From Catajapyx aquilonaris (lineage: Eukaryota): DNA of 36,056 nucleotides. The stretch covers positions 1 through 36,056 of the forward strand of contig KZ539026.1 in NCBI GenBank assembly GCA_000934665.2, written 5' to 3'. Each line of letters begins with the position of its first letter. The stretch's first letter is position 1. The notes under the pieces were generated by a model that was given only the letters and a program-made list of their open reading frames with translations, did not search any database and was not told the origin of the DNA. Of this stretch, positions 1 to 13,298 are shown piece after piece. Both the position numbers and the translations under genes were made by a program.

Positions 1-3000
1 CCGGCTGCGGGGGATAATACCATTACTCCCACTACGCCCCTCAATTGAATAGGACGCCTAGCTCATCACTAATTAAACCTTCCCTTTCATTTAATTCAGC
101 TAAAGGATGTCGCCTACTCGCGGACAATTTTTTTTAAAAAAAGGTCGCAGCCGGTGGGTGGCCATACTTGAGTAGGCACCCAATTATCTTTTTCCGGACC
201 CGCCAGGTAAACATTTGCATAGGCACTAAACATCATAATGTGGCGGTCACGGGTCCCCAAAAACCTGGCCCCCCAAAAATGATTGCTTCGTGTTTACAGT
301 ACTGTCGCATGACTTTACCATTCTGCAAATAACGGGCTTTTGCTCTCCGCGCAACGTGTAATTTTTAAGACGTGCGTGCAAGCTTTCCCCTCCGTTTGAA
401 TAATTGATTACGACCTTTTGTATGTATTAATGCTTAATTAATAAAGCCATACACGGGGTAGCACAAATGAAAGTGTTTCCGCCGGATAATGGCCCCGGGG
501 CCGCCCTGTTCTTTAAAAAAAATTGCGACACTACAAAAAAAAACCTGAGTCACGGTCCTGAGGTTTTTGTGTCGCGCAGTTGTTACACCGCATTTCTGAT
601 TTACGACCACGAGGTGCCAAAAAAGGAAGACACGGTCGTGAAGGCACGGAAAACAGGTTCTGTCGCCGAATACCGTGCATTGTGATTCTAATTCGTCACG
701 AGTGACATGCGGCCAGCTGCCAAGTGTACAGGGTGCGCCGTACCCTGTCACTATCAGGAGCCTTCCAAAAATAAAACCCGGCCTAGTTGTATGAAAGAGC
801 TAGGGGGGGGGAACCCGCACCTATAAATAATCCACAGCACATGCCTCTTTGACGGCACAATTCATCCCCAGCAGACCCCTGAATGGATTGATCACTTCCC
901 CCCTGGTGATTCTCCCTGGAAGGATGCAGATCCTTTTATTCCCTCCAAAAAATGTGTCCCACTTTTTTTTTTCTGGGGGTAAGGGAAGCGCCGAAAATAA
1001 CAGGCCTTGGGCCACCTTTTTGGACTCCTGCAGGTTTTACGAGCATCCTCGGCCGGCCCCTGAGATAACATATCTGAAGCTGTCAAGCGCCCACTTTTCT
1101 CCAAAGCACCGGGTGTTCACAAGTCAGCAGGTACGGTACACCCCTGGAGAAAACACCGTCCCACGGTGACAAGCCCTTGGAGTGCCATTTCAGCCCCCCC
1201 TTTTTCCCAATATCCCCAACCCTCCCCCTTTTCACACACACCGCTCTGGGAGCCGTCGCACCAGTTTCTGTCACGTATCCGGCTCGCTAGCCATCAAAAG
1301 AGGTTTAACAGACCCATAATAGGTTTTATGGGAACAATAAATTGAACTACCCCCTGCCACGGGGGATCTCAGATTGATTGCATCACGCAGAAAACGGCCT
1401 CTATTTACCATGTCACCGTGTTAATAAAACATGAAGCGCGGCAGAAGGGTGGGGGAAATGGCAGCGGCTCGTAATGAAAACTAATGAAGCCCACTGGCAA
1501 CCGTGCAGGAAGAGTCGAGGGGAGGCGGTACACACAAAAAATATTACGAGCCTATGAAAAGTAAGCCCGGGGGATAACTGGCTTACTGCAATACGCCTAA
1601 TTGATAACGATTGGAAGATAGGCATCAGGGTGTCCAAGATTGCAGTACAGCATTTTTTTTCCCCCTCTCATCCTCCCAGGGGTTACCCACTAAGCCCTAA
1701 TAGGGGGGAGGTCTGACTAGGATTAGTGAATAATGGCCGCAGATCCCTTTCCCTGTTAATGGAAAATACAGTCCCCACGGATATAACTTACCGTGGATTA
1801 CGAGCCGGCTGTATTCGCCAATTTCCACCTGCCTTCAAAAGTGCAAGTCAGCCGTACACACAAAAAAAAGCCGTGCACGTGCACCCTCCAAGCTCCCCTA
1901 TTGAGGAACGACACGACCAGAAGCATCGGAGGGGCTGCTTCAAGCCCCCTCATAATGGACCAAAAGGCCAAACTCAGGGGTGAAGCCCCGCTCTATTGTA
2001 ACCGGCAATTTGTCACACCGACGAGCAAGCCAGAGGCCCTTCGCTATAAAAACTTCCCCAACTGGAAACAGATGTCGGTGGGTGCCGGTGGGGACCCTGG
2101 GGTCATCATTGCCTCGGCATGTTGCGCCTCTTTGCCCATCAATAGAACCGGGGCCTTCCCCAAAAAATATATGTACAAGCCGGGGGAGCGGTAGTAGGGA
2201 GGTTAATATCCTCCCCGCTGGCACGCCGCAGAGGAAACACAATCAAGGGCTGGAGACGTGAGTCACCGCGGTCTTAAAAGCAACCCCCCTACTTTTATGG
2301 GAGAAGGCCGTTCGGGCGATTTACAGCACACGTTTATGGCGCACTTTCACGGCGAGGCTAAAACCAAACCTCCGGAACTAAAGTAAATGATTGGGAGGGT
2401 AACATCTGATAATTTAATCCCTTACGTCGCCGCCTGTCATACCCCCAAGATGTACCAGGACGCCAGCAACAAACTCACTTTGGCTCCCAGTCCACGCGTC
2501 CCTTGCATCGCAAGCTGATTTCACATTCGCGTCAGTCAGCGGGCATCCATTCCCCCATTTCCGAGTCCCTCCCCACCAAAGCCCCCAACCGCATTTCACG
2601 ACTCACTGCCAGCCTCCCCACTAGGCATTCCTCTCNCCCTACTCGTGTGGTATACCTATCTACAAAAAAGTTGGGGTAGTGATATATTTATATAAAAAAA
2701 GAACACCTCATCCTGTCCCGCCTGGCTTCACACTTTGGCTCCTCGTTGGCATTCCGCCGGCAAACCCGGACAATTCCTAGTTATGCAATAAAGTTTTATT
2801 CCCCCGCCGCTCCAGATTGTTCGCAATCCCAGAGAGACTCGTGAGACCCGCGACACCACCGCTGCAACCCTCCTTCTGATCGAGTGGAGAGAGGGAGAGG
2901 ATGGGGGGGAACTCCGGAATTACCGCCTCCATGGCCCCCTAGCCACTCAGACGGATCGTAAAATTTCTGCCGGGGCGATTGGAAATGTGCCCGTCACAAC

Positions 3001-3104
3001 CTAGCCTCCCACTTCTTTCAGGGCTACCCACAAAGCCCCCGTTTGCCAAATCCTAGAAACCTATATCGGCTACGGCATGTCTTTCAACGACAGTTCGGAG
3101 AAAT

Positions 3105-3466
3105 TTTGGCGGACCGCGATGCATCGAGTCATCGGCCGAACAAGATGCAATCTCCCCTTCCGTCATGGAAGCTGGTGCTTCCAGAATTTTAACCAACCGT
3201 CAACATGTAACTGGCGGCAGTCTACGTTAATCGCACATACTGGGTTTCTCCAACTTTTTAACCGACCGTTAATAGCTAACCGCACTACTTCAATCAATTA
3301 ATTAAAACTACAGTTAGCTCGTAACTGCCCGAAAAAAGGTTGGAGCAACTGTGCCTTAAACTACCATCTTAACGGCCAGTTAAACTGGCAAACAATTTTC
3401 ACGGGGCGTCCCGCAAAATTTGGCGGCCCACAACGCACGAAGTCATCCGCCAAGGCACATTTCGCG
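3105..3466. promoter_or_regulatory. Myb/Ovo-type (YAACKG) homotypic site cluster flanked by E2F-like sites
   Basis: YAACKG or its reverse complement at 3208, 3266, 3311, 3322, 3346, 3370 and 3377; TTTGGCGG at 3105 and 3419; TTTCGCG at 3460. Confidence 0.4.
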
Positions 3467-4910
3467 TCCGGTCCTCCCACAATTTTTAACAGGCCGGAAT
3501 AACTTGAACTGTCAGCTAAAAGGCTTTTTCCCAAACCGCGCATATACATTTCCCTGTCGGTGCCTCCACATCCCCCTGTATAAGAATAGCAATGGCAGTC
3601 TCCAGTTGGGGTGACCAGGGCCGGGCGTCAGACAGCCCTTAAATCCCTCCTCATCCATGCGGCAAGAGAGGCATGACAGAATGGAGCTGTGTCACCGCCT
3701 CGGCCTCGGGGGCTCCCAGGGGATGCCCCCTCCCCGGATGGCCCCCCTCCATCACCCGGACAACCCCCAGCCACCATTCCCGCATACTGACAGCCGGGGC
3801 CAGCCAAACCCACCAGATAAGCCCCGGAACATTGGCCTCCCGCAGGGAGGAAAGGAATCTCACTAGTTTTTTTTGTGGTGTGTGTGCGCGCGCGTGTGTG
3901 TGTGCCCCCATTGTTGTTGCCAACTGCACCTATTGGACCTTCCCAATCTAAAAAGTTTTGACAGTTGTATCATTTGTAACTCCGGGGGCCCCTGTGCTGG
4001 CATCCAAACAACGCGCGTTTTCGAGATTTATTTATGTTCAACCCCCCCTACCATAGCCTCGGTCCCGTGAGGATAATTACTGTTGGCTAGGAAATATGAG
4101 GCGGTGAATGAGTCGCACAAATGAGCATGAGCTAACATAATATGCTTTACCACTCAACATTTCAACAGCAATTAGCCTACCGCGTGCAATCACACACTCG
4201 TGTGTGATACATCTCTCTTCATTTCGGGGGGGCCAGTGTGTGTATACTGGGCTGGGACTGAGATATGCAAGCGGGCTTAATCTGACCGAAAAAGTTCCAG
4301 GATGGATCTCACGGCCCGTACAAACCACGGGAAAAGTAGTTGCCCTTAGGCGGGTGTCACATCGCCGGTCACGTGCGAGCTGCACGGGTGTCCACTCACA
4401 CACACAAAAAAACCGGTCCGTCCTGATTTTACACAACCTCGCACCTGGTCTGGGAGGTCAAGACCGCTGGGGCCTGCACAAGGTCACACAGCTGGTCACT
4501 AGTAGCACACAACGAGGAATGCGCCTCCTGACAGCACAAAACACACCCCCTTGTTCTCAACTCGGCCGGAACCGATTTGGGCCCCCCGAAGTTTGGAACC
4601 GGGCCCAGTCTTAATATATCCGCCGCATTTTTTTCAAACCTCCGCGGCTTGCCACACACGTCGCCACGAGTCTCATCCGCTGACCGCCGACCACCACGAC
4701 ACGTGACCCGAATCAGATTTGGGGTCGGACCTAAACCTACAACCCCGGCCCACGAAGCAAACTGACTGAAATTTTAATGCCCATAAACCAACCTCTTAGG
4801 TGTGTCCTTCCGAAGCGGCTCTCAGCAACTCCATGCATATCCAAAAAACCACTGATCACAACACAACAAAAATAACCAACACAAATCACTGAGGACAAAA
4901 CTGGTCCGCG

Positions 4911-5200
4911 CACTTCCTTCAAGATGGCCGCGATTCAACACCCGGGGCCAATGACTAGAGGAGCTGGTTGCGTCCAATCTCCATCCGGGACTAGAGCGGG
5001 TTGAACGCGGCGGGGCTTACCCCATCACATCTTTGAAATGGAGCGGGGGTTGTTCACTTTTTGAGCGGGTTTGTGCAGAGAGCGGCCGGACGTGATCCTT
5101 CCCTGGCCAGCTCCTAGCTCGTACTGAGGGGGCTTGGGCGGACGGGGGGGGGGGTCGGGCCGGCGGGGGGGAGAGCCTGGGCTGGGGAGGAGGGTGGCCC
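4911..5200. promoter_or_regulatory. Promoter-like GC-rich element (ETS, YY1, 2x CCAAT, G-rich tract)
   Basis: CACTTCC 4911, CAAGATGGCCGC 4920-4931, CCAAT 4948 and 4974, multiple G-runs 5135-5197. Confidence 0.3.
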
Positions 5201-8200
5201 ATCAGTGCGCCGGCGAGCCGCAGCCCCTAAGCCTGCGCGACACTCGCTTTTGCACCCAATGCGCCCCGGCACCACACGGCCACCTTATTTCCAGAGCCAC
5301 GGCAACCTTGCTGGGGTTGAATGGACACGGGGCAGAGGGTATAGGGAGGGGGAGCAGGGGAAGGGGGGGGAAAAAAGAGTGTAGAGGCACGGCGGTATGT
5401 CGCCTATTGATTTACGTGTTACGACTTTCCGGGTATGGTGCATGCAGGGGATGCGGTGACGTGTGGCGGTTGCCAAGGCGGGGAGGTGAAAGCTCCTAGT
5501 GCATTAATATATGGCAGGGTAGGTGAAATAAATGGGGTGTGAATCAGATTCACAACGGTGTATATGCCATGTGTTTCATATCAGCACGTACAATATTGTC
5601 CACACATTCCGAAGAAGAAGAATGTCTATACATGCCGGTAAAGCAGAAAGTTTGTCGATATGTAAGTCACGGCTACCTAACCCACTACCAGACTACTAAG
5701 AGAGCTGAAATTAGGCACACCAATGTCTTACATCCTGCTGATCGCAGAAAAAGTCCGAAATCAGCACTTTTTTGAGTGTAAATACCAAAAATTTATGTTT
5801 TATGGAGGTTTTTGTGTGTTTCATCTGCAGCCTCAATCGAAGCACAGATGGCGCTCTTATTTGCGCGAGTTATTATTAAAGTCCGGTTTCAACATCCCTA
5901 GAAACATTTTCCGGCAACAAAAACAGATATCAGTCCATATTAATATTAGCTTAAATTATTTCAAATTACTGTAACTATACAAATCCATTGTCGACATCAA
6001 TAAAAATAACCGTTCAATCTTTCAGTTATGCAGCAGTTACATAATTACGAAACTGGATTTTAACTCGCATTTATGAATAAGCAACTTCTCATTAATTTTT
6101 AAAGGCTATTTTAAATGCATATTGGCCACTAAAGTCACCAATTTTCTTCCAGCCGTAAGGATTTTCCAGCCAATCGTGCAACGGGCCTATCCTCCAAAAA
6201 TAAAGCATGCCGGTCACGTTCGATTTTTTTCAGTCCGGTTCTGAACAAGTGTATCCCTGAACAGCCAAGATACAGAGAGCGGCCCCGTTGTCGCAACTCT
6301 TCAGCAAAAAGTATCTAACCCTCCCCCTCTGCCTCCAGGGGAGGGGAGCCAAAAAAAAAAAAAAAAATACGCAAGTATAACATAAAAAAACGGGAGAAGC
6401 GGCGCCTCCGTATCGATTGACTGTTGGCGAGGCTTCTTTTTCCACATTATTTTCCTCGTCACAACTGTCACGATATTGGAGAAACGACTTTTGGACGATG
6501 CAAATTGAATCTGGAATTTCTTTTTCATGCCGTGCAGCTGACTTGTATGGGCTTCTTTTATCCCTCGTAACGTTTTAGTCTGTATAGGCCTTCCCCCCTA
6601 TTCCAGATATGCTGGAAGCTGCCGCCTGCCAAGGGTTCAACTCGCAATTTGCTATTTTTTTCTTTCTTTCTTTATAGAGTCGATAGTATATAGCCACTTT
6701 CATATATCTAGTCACGCAAAGGCTTGTCAATCGGTGTCGAGGGAAATATTCCGGAGCACTACATTTGGAACAGGTAATTTACCTTTGCGCCGAAAGTGGA
6801 ACGATTTTCCTACCCCCTCCCTCGACCCCGCAGTTTGATTCATATCTACAACATAACCTACTCTTACTAGGCACAGTACCCGCCCCTGTGACTCCCAAAG
6901 TCCTCTCCTCTCTTTTTTTAATACACATACACGGCATAAAATTTCATTCGTCACGAAACCTCGCAGACATGTATCTACCTTTGGAATCGGGACCTGCGGT
7001 ATATTTTCGTACGCGTTTCATACCCATAAAATGCTTACAAACCGTAGTGACTGGCTTCACACCCTTTGCGATGGTGTTGCTTAACTACGGGGCTTATCTG
7101 ACTCATTTCCGTGACGTGACTTCTAGCGGAAAACAAGGATTCCGTGACCAAGGGTAGGCTTGTTATAGCCGTACTAAAACCTCCCAAATTGAACGGGTCA
7201 CGGCTGGAGAAATACGCCCGAGTGATATTATGTTTGCAAGGTACTAGCCGACAACAATCTGGGGGCGTAGCCTGTATAATATTAAATGAAAATTACATTG
7301 AAACTATTTAAAAAAATTAAATTAAATGTGGCTGTCAGCTCCATCCCCCGGTTGGGTTGGCCCCGGCGTTGCAGTACATTGGCCCCGGCATTGCCAATGC
7401 TGTGCCGCAATTCCAATATGTCTAACGATTCGGAGAGTTTGCCCGTGTTTACAAGCGCGTCAGTGCATCTCCGAGTGGTTTACTAACCGTCGGTTTCCCC
7501 AGTTGATTTTACAAGCGGACTCCATATTGAGCGGGGGGGTACAGCAGCTCATTTCCAGGCGACTGTACCCGGCTGATAATCGTCTAATGGTCGCCGTCGC
7601 TACACACCCTGCAGCCACTCGCTACATTAGTCCGGCTCATGTCGCATTACGAAACGTGTAGTTGAATTGCAGAGAGGTAATTAACCAATTAGCTGACCCG
7701 CATTAATTACTTCATGGATTACGGCCCTATTTATCACTCACGGTTAACCCCCCATTCTTCCCGGGGTAGAAAACCAAGACAAGCCCGGATCATTGCTCTT
7801 TCTTATTCGAGATTACAAATTGCCTAATGGGACGCGGAAAATGTCCGGATAAATCATGGACTAGCCCGGATGCATTTTGTACAGGGTGTTCCAAAAATAC
7901 TGGGGCCGGAAGCAATTTCCACCCATTTTCCCTGCACATTATCAAGGAAATGCCCCCCGTCCAGGGTCGGCACCGGTTTGCAAGCTGCCACTCTGAGCTA
8001 CAACAATGCACTTCAGGTTAGCTCTCCATATAAATGGTTTTGGAAGGAAAGGGGGAGCTAGGGGGCATTTGCAAGTCCCTCCATAATTTATAGCATTTTA
8101 CATGCAGCCCACTCCGGCTTTATTGTCTCGCCATCTTGCGACAACAGCCCGAGCCCCGCACTTGTATTTATACACCGGGCCTAGGAAACAAGGCCACATT

Positions 8201-8309
8201 TGAATGCCACTTACACGAGTTTCTGACAGGTTCGCCAGCAGCTGTGCAAACCCCCAGCTTGCCCCGGAATGCCCAATCTAATATCAAAAAGGTCGTGAAA
8301 ATTTTATAC

Positions 8310-8375
8310 GCATAAAAATATTAAATAGGTACCTGAATTTTGGCAGAGGCAGGTACATGAATAAATATAATAGAC
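8310..8375 (+). repeat. Degenerate member of the TGCATAAAAATAT minisatellite family
   Basis: GCATAAAAATATT (8310-8322) is identical to 23745-23757 and is followed by decayed AG|GTRC subunits (ataggtacctgaatttt..., gcaggtacatgaataa...). Confidence 0.4.
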
Positions 8376-11300
8376 CACTGTGTGGATATTTAAATTTTCT
8401 AGCGTGAATTAATTTTTAAACCTTTTTCAAAGGCTGTGTTGGCAGCATTGCCATTTTCACAAGTTGGCTTGTAATTCGAGAGAAACGATCCACTTATGCG
8501 CCATTAGTCTCTGTGGCATGACTTTGGGCCACGTGCGTTCTTCATGCGGCGGTTCGACGATTATGTTGACAGAGGCGCAAGGTGTAACGACTGGCTTTAA
8601 ATTTATCAAACTGATCTGCCGACACCCGTCCTTTATGTACCCCTTCCAAAAAACAACAAAAAACATTGATCCAGATGCTTCCATTATTCGTCCCCCCGCA
8701 TTATAGTAATTTGCCAAGAGGTTCGCCATGGTAATGGCCAGATTATAAATCAAATAAGCCCCCACGGTATTTTTTAACGAGTCGGAATTACCTCAATGAA
8801 ACGTGTAATTATTAATGAACGTATAGGTTTTTGGGTGGCAGGGGAGGTACTCCATTGGCTTAATACTCCGGCAATCATAATGATCGCGCTCTGACGTGCC
8901 GCACGGTTCACTGGCGCATTAGCTTTCAAGTGTAGTTCACGTGAGGCATGAATGTGGTTTCCACTAGTTGCACCCCCGCGCAAATGCGTTCATTTTCAAA
9001 AAAACGTGTTCGGGAATTGGGAAGGAAGGCGTGACAATTCGACTCTCCGATTAGTAAACAACACGCTCCACTCTTTTTTTCGCAACGCCAAAAACACACA
9101 TTGCAATTCAATTTTTTTTTGCACAAACATGGGTCATCTTATACAGTCCCCAACATTAATTAGACAACAGCACATGCGCTCTACCTGATATTAAAAAGTC
9201 ATGCCGATCTATCAGGCTAAGTGCAGGCCTTGTAAATTATTCTGACGGCAACCATACACGGATGGCGGTATGCACTATGTTAAGTTGGCGAATTACAAAT
9301 ATGAATCCCCTGAATATACAGAGCACCGGCCCCTGTGTTTGAACGAACCGGGGAGACGGGGGCTAAATAAACCACGGGGTTTGCGGTGTCCAATCCATTT
9401 CGCCGACCGCTGGTCACTTGGGGGTCGAATACATGGCCGGCAGGGGTTGATCCTCCCTCCCCTTTCAGAAAAAAAGAGGCCGTTGCATGTAATTTCACGC
9501 CAAACCTGTGTAAGTATATACTGAGGGGGAAGGGTAGGAAAAAAAAACCTGGTTTTCTAGCTCATGCATCACACCAGATCATAAAAACTGGATTTATGAA
9601 CGTATCCAACACACTGCACCACTTTTTACTCCTTCCGTGAAAAATGAGGGAAAAACAGCGCAGTAATAAATAACTTGTGTAACTCCACCGCTATAAAAAT
9701 GTCTCCCCCAATGTTACAAATCCGCCTCATGCAACTATATATTTTTTTCACTCTCTATACACTATTGCATAAGCGGCCAAGGCCAATAATATTTTTTTTC
9801 TTCCTATACAGATTGGTCGCATCCGAATAAATCAACAGGGTTATTTGAATACGAGCCCTGCAGCTGAAAATAAGTGAGGCATTTTGGTTGAGGGTAGTTT
9901 TTTTTTTTTTTTTAGTGGGTCGAATTGCCCCGGGGCATGTGACATGGAAGCCATGGCCCCAGCAGAGCCCTCCCGGGAGTTTATGCTTTTCGTCTCCCCC
10001 TCCTCCGGCACAATATATACGAGATCTACTTAGCAAATAGCCGTTTTTACGACGCCGTCCCTGGCTCCCGTCTGGGGCACCAAATAAAAGGAAAGGAAAT
10101 TATGCACACTTTTATCTCTCACCGGAGAACAATACTTTTCACGTGCACGCCTTATTACGAGCTGCGGTGATGATGAATACGGGAATTACACGCCCATTCG
10201 CTCCGTTTTAAAGGCGGCTCCCCGGCAGTTATTGTGCTCACAAGCTGGATTATGCCGGTCATTCCTTCGCACAGAAGCGGCCTAACAGCCAACCCCACAA
10301 TTACGTTCATGAAGTAATAAAGCGTTTGGATGAAGCGAGGCCCAGCTGGGGCCGAGTGCCTCCCTCCCCCACACCAAAAACAGAGAGGGTGGGAGGGAGG
10401 GAGGGTATATACACCCCGGGGCCTATCATCCACTACCACCCCGGGCACTTACTACCTTCCGCCCCAGCCCATTATGATATATATTCGGCACTCAAGAAGG
10501 AGGGCAATACCCCGTACATTACACTTGCCCGGGCTAATTTGCCGGATTGGAGATGATCCCGGATGACTTTCTAACGCCCGATTGTCCCGCCGCTCTGATT
10601 AATATTCACTCGGGGCTGGCTCAACCCCACCGGAGGCTTGCTGGCTCCACATCCAAGTCGGGCATTATCTCCGGTGTAGAAAGCAGTTACCCACTAAATA
10701 TGCTCGGTTCATCCGGATTTGGCTAACAATAAGGGTCGAGGATTCAAACGGGGCCAATGCAGACACATTTTGGGCCACAACTATAGGAAGCTGATTTTCA
10801 GTAAACTACGTAGCAATTTAAAAAAAAAAAATAAAAAAAAAAGTTGTTGTCAAGAACCGGCAAACTTGCGAAATTCAACGGCCGAAATTGCGTAAAAAAC
10901 ATGCAATTCCAATATTTTACGCGGTTCGGAAAAAAGCAATAAATTACGACGACCTTGAATATGCACAAGAAAATTCCATACACAAAAACTATTTGCTCAA
11001 GCTACATGCCCACAACCTTGACTAGTACCCACATATTTTGTGTAATAGCAAGGTGCGAAGCGGCTCTCCTATTTTATTCCCGGAAGATGCACATGCAGAT
11101 AAAACATTTCATTATCCTTCCCCCCCTTTCCGTGACCAGAAAATGCACACGAACACCACATACACATCCAGAATAACTTGAAAATGCACACGATAACATC
11201 TCTAAAATTGCACCTCTTAACATTAATGCAGAGTTGGCGCAACACATGACGTAAATTGGCGCAATTTGTAGCCTACACAGAAAATAATCAACAGCCCAGA

Positions 11301-13272
11301 TTTTCCCAGCACGCGTATACTAACTCAAGACGTAATATTCTGCCAACTAATTTTAGTTGTTGCATTTTTTAAATCAAAACATAAGCCGGTAAACCCCCAC
11401 TCGTGACACCTACTTGCTACCGCACCATCTAATTAACAACCCCATCTCCACAATTTACCTCAAAAAATCTGACCACCCCGAGGAACCCCCCTAAGGGCCA
11501 GCACCGGGGAATGAGTACCCCCCGGATCACCCCTGGAGAATGACCGGTGCGGTATGACCCCCCCCCCCCCCCATGCACGTGAATGGCTCCTAATGATATG
11601 AGGGTTAGATTAACCGTATAATTGACTTAAAAGGCAATCTGGAGTGAAAGCGGTGTTCTAATGGAACTTCGCTCAGGCTCTAATTAATGTGCATTAGTCG
11701 CGTTGGGGGGATCAAGATGAAGTTCTGGAAGCAATTAAGGGCCGAATCTCCCGGCCTGAGTCGCATGTCGAGCGGCCATTAGCGGGCCCAGCATGCAGCC
11801 CCCGACCCGCCAGAAAAGGTAGCTTGCCGGAGAGAAGAACAAGGCCGCCATATTGCGGCCGGGATTTCGGGGGAGGACCAACTTCCATTGGCGCAACCGC
11901 ACCCAATTCAGTTAGCCGGCAGCGGTTTCATGCACTTCAGACTCCCAGACTCAGGTATGCCTCCGACTTGCTAATCATCACAATGTACAGTTTGTTTCAA
12001 AAATTGAACAAAAATTCATATATTAAAAATTTTAATTCAAAAAACTAGCTAATATTAATCATCTCCGTAGGTCACCAAACGGCCACTCAGGTGGTTTGTG
12101 GTCCCAAAAATACACTCGGTGCAAACTGTAGCCTTCACAAGTCATAGCCTCCATCCGGGCCGTCTCCCAACAGCCCCACACCAACGCCATCTACCAGCAA
12201 TACAACTCGTCCCATCTAGCGGTGATCTCGCAAATTTTAAAAAATGCCCCCATCACCGGTCTCGCCCTGAATTAATCAAGGCTACGCTCCTGATCTAAAA
12301 TGCATTCGCTAAAATCAACTCAAACATTATCAATATAGATTATCGCTTTTACGTGACGCCAGGCCTGGAAAACTGCACCCCCCCCCACCCCCCTCCCATT
12401 TTTTTCGCGCATTGCCCCCCAAATAATTCATTGCATTAGTGGCATTAACGGTGAAAAATCGGCGCTTTGGCGCGACCCGGAATGCCCAAATAGGAAAGAG
12501 ATCCGCTTACCCTTTGATCACATAACGCTAGCTGGCACCGGGCTTGAAATTTTTATACGGGACTCCGGGGCTTGGCCCGTGTATTTTTGCCGGTTTCCTC
12601 CCACATGATTTAATGTCCTAAGATCCATCCCTTTGAAAACCGGAGCGGATGCCCAAACACACACGCGAATATATACCCAACCCTCTCTACACATGGAGGG
12701 CTAGATTACCGTATACGCTTCGTAACCTAATTGGCCGAGTCGGTGCTAAGCGTGTGCATCGGAATGTTCAGGCGTGCATTACGTGTAACTTTGGTACAGG
12801 CGATTTCCATTACCGTGGACAAGCCCCCTTTGCCTACTCGAATCCGGGGATTTTGCGGTATGCCGCCAATCCTACACTTTTTTTTTAGCAGCTCGACTAG
12901 CGTTCCGGGCATATCCTATCCGGTGCGGAGATTAAACCCGGAGTTTGTTTGCCGTCGTCAGCCTGGGTGTAAATAATACCCGGGGCGAAGATATGTGGCA
13001 CTTGGGCTTGAAGTGCACTTTTCTATACACACAGCCCTCCAGCTCTTTAGGATGCGTCTCCAGGCCGCTCCGGATGCTATCAGGCCCCACGGTTTATCTT
13101 GGCCTGCGCCTGAGTGGAACATCGCAGCTTCCAAACCCTATTGCCCTACCTCTTCTACACTTTTTTTTTTTTGCCACCTAGCTGTCAATGTCAGAGTATA
13201 CACACTCTAGTCGCATATAGACATTCGGATTTTTATAACTCATAAAAAACGTGCCACTAGGTCACCCAAAAA

Positions 13273-13298
13273 TATCGATAATATCATCGATATATCGA
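13273..13298. promoter_or_regulatory. DRE (TATCGATA) / CGATA cluster
   Basis: TATCGATA 13273-13280 followed by the palindrome TCGATATATCGA 13287-13298. Confidence 0.3.

Noticed and set aside
3077..3301. ORF containing WCFQN resembling homeodomain WFQN
   Set aside because: No helix 1-3 context or basic tail.
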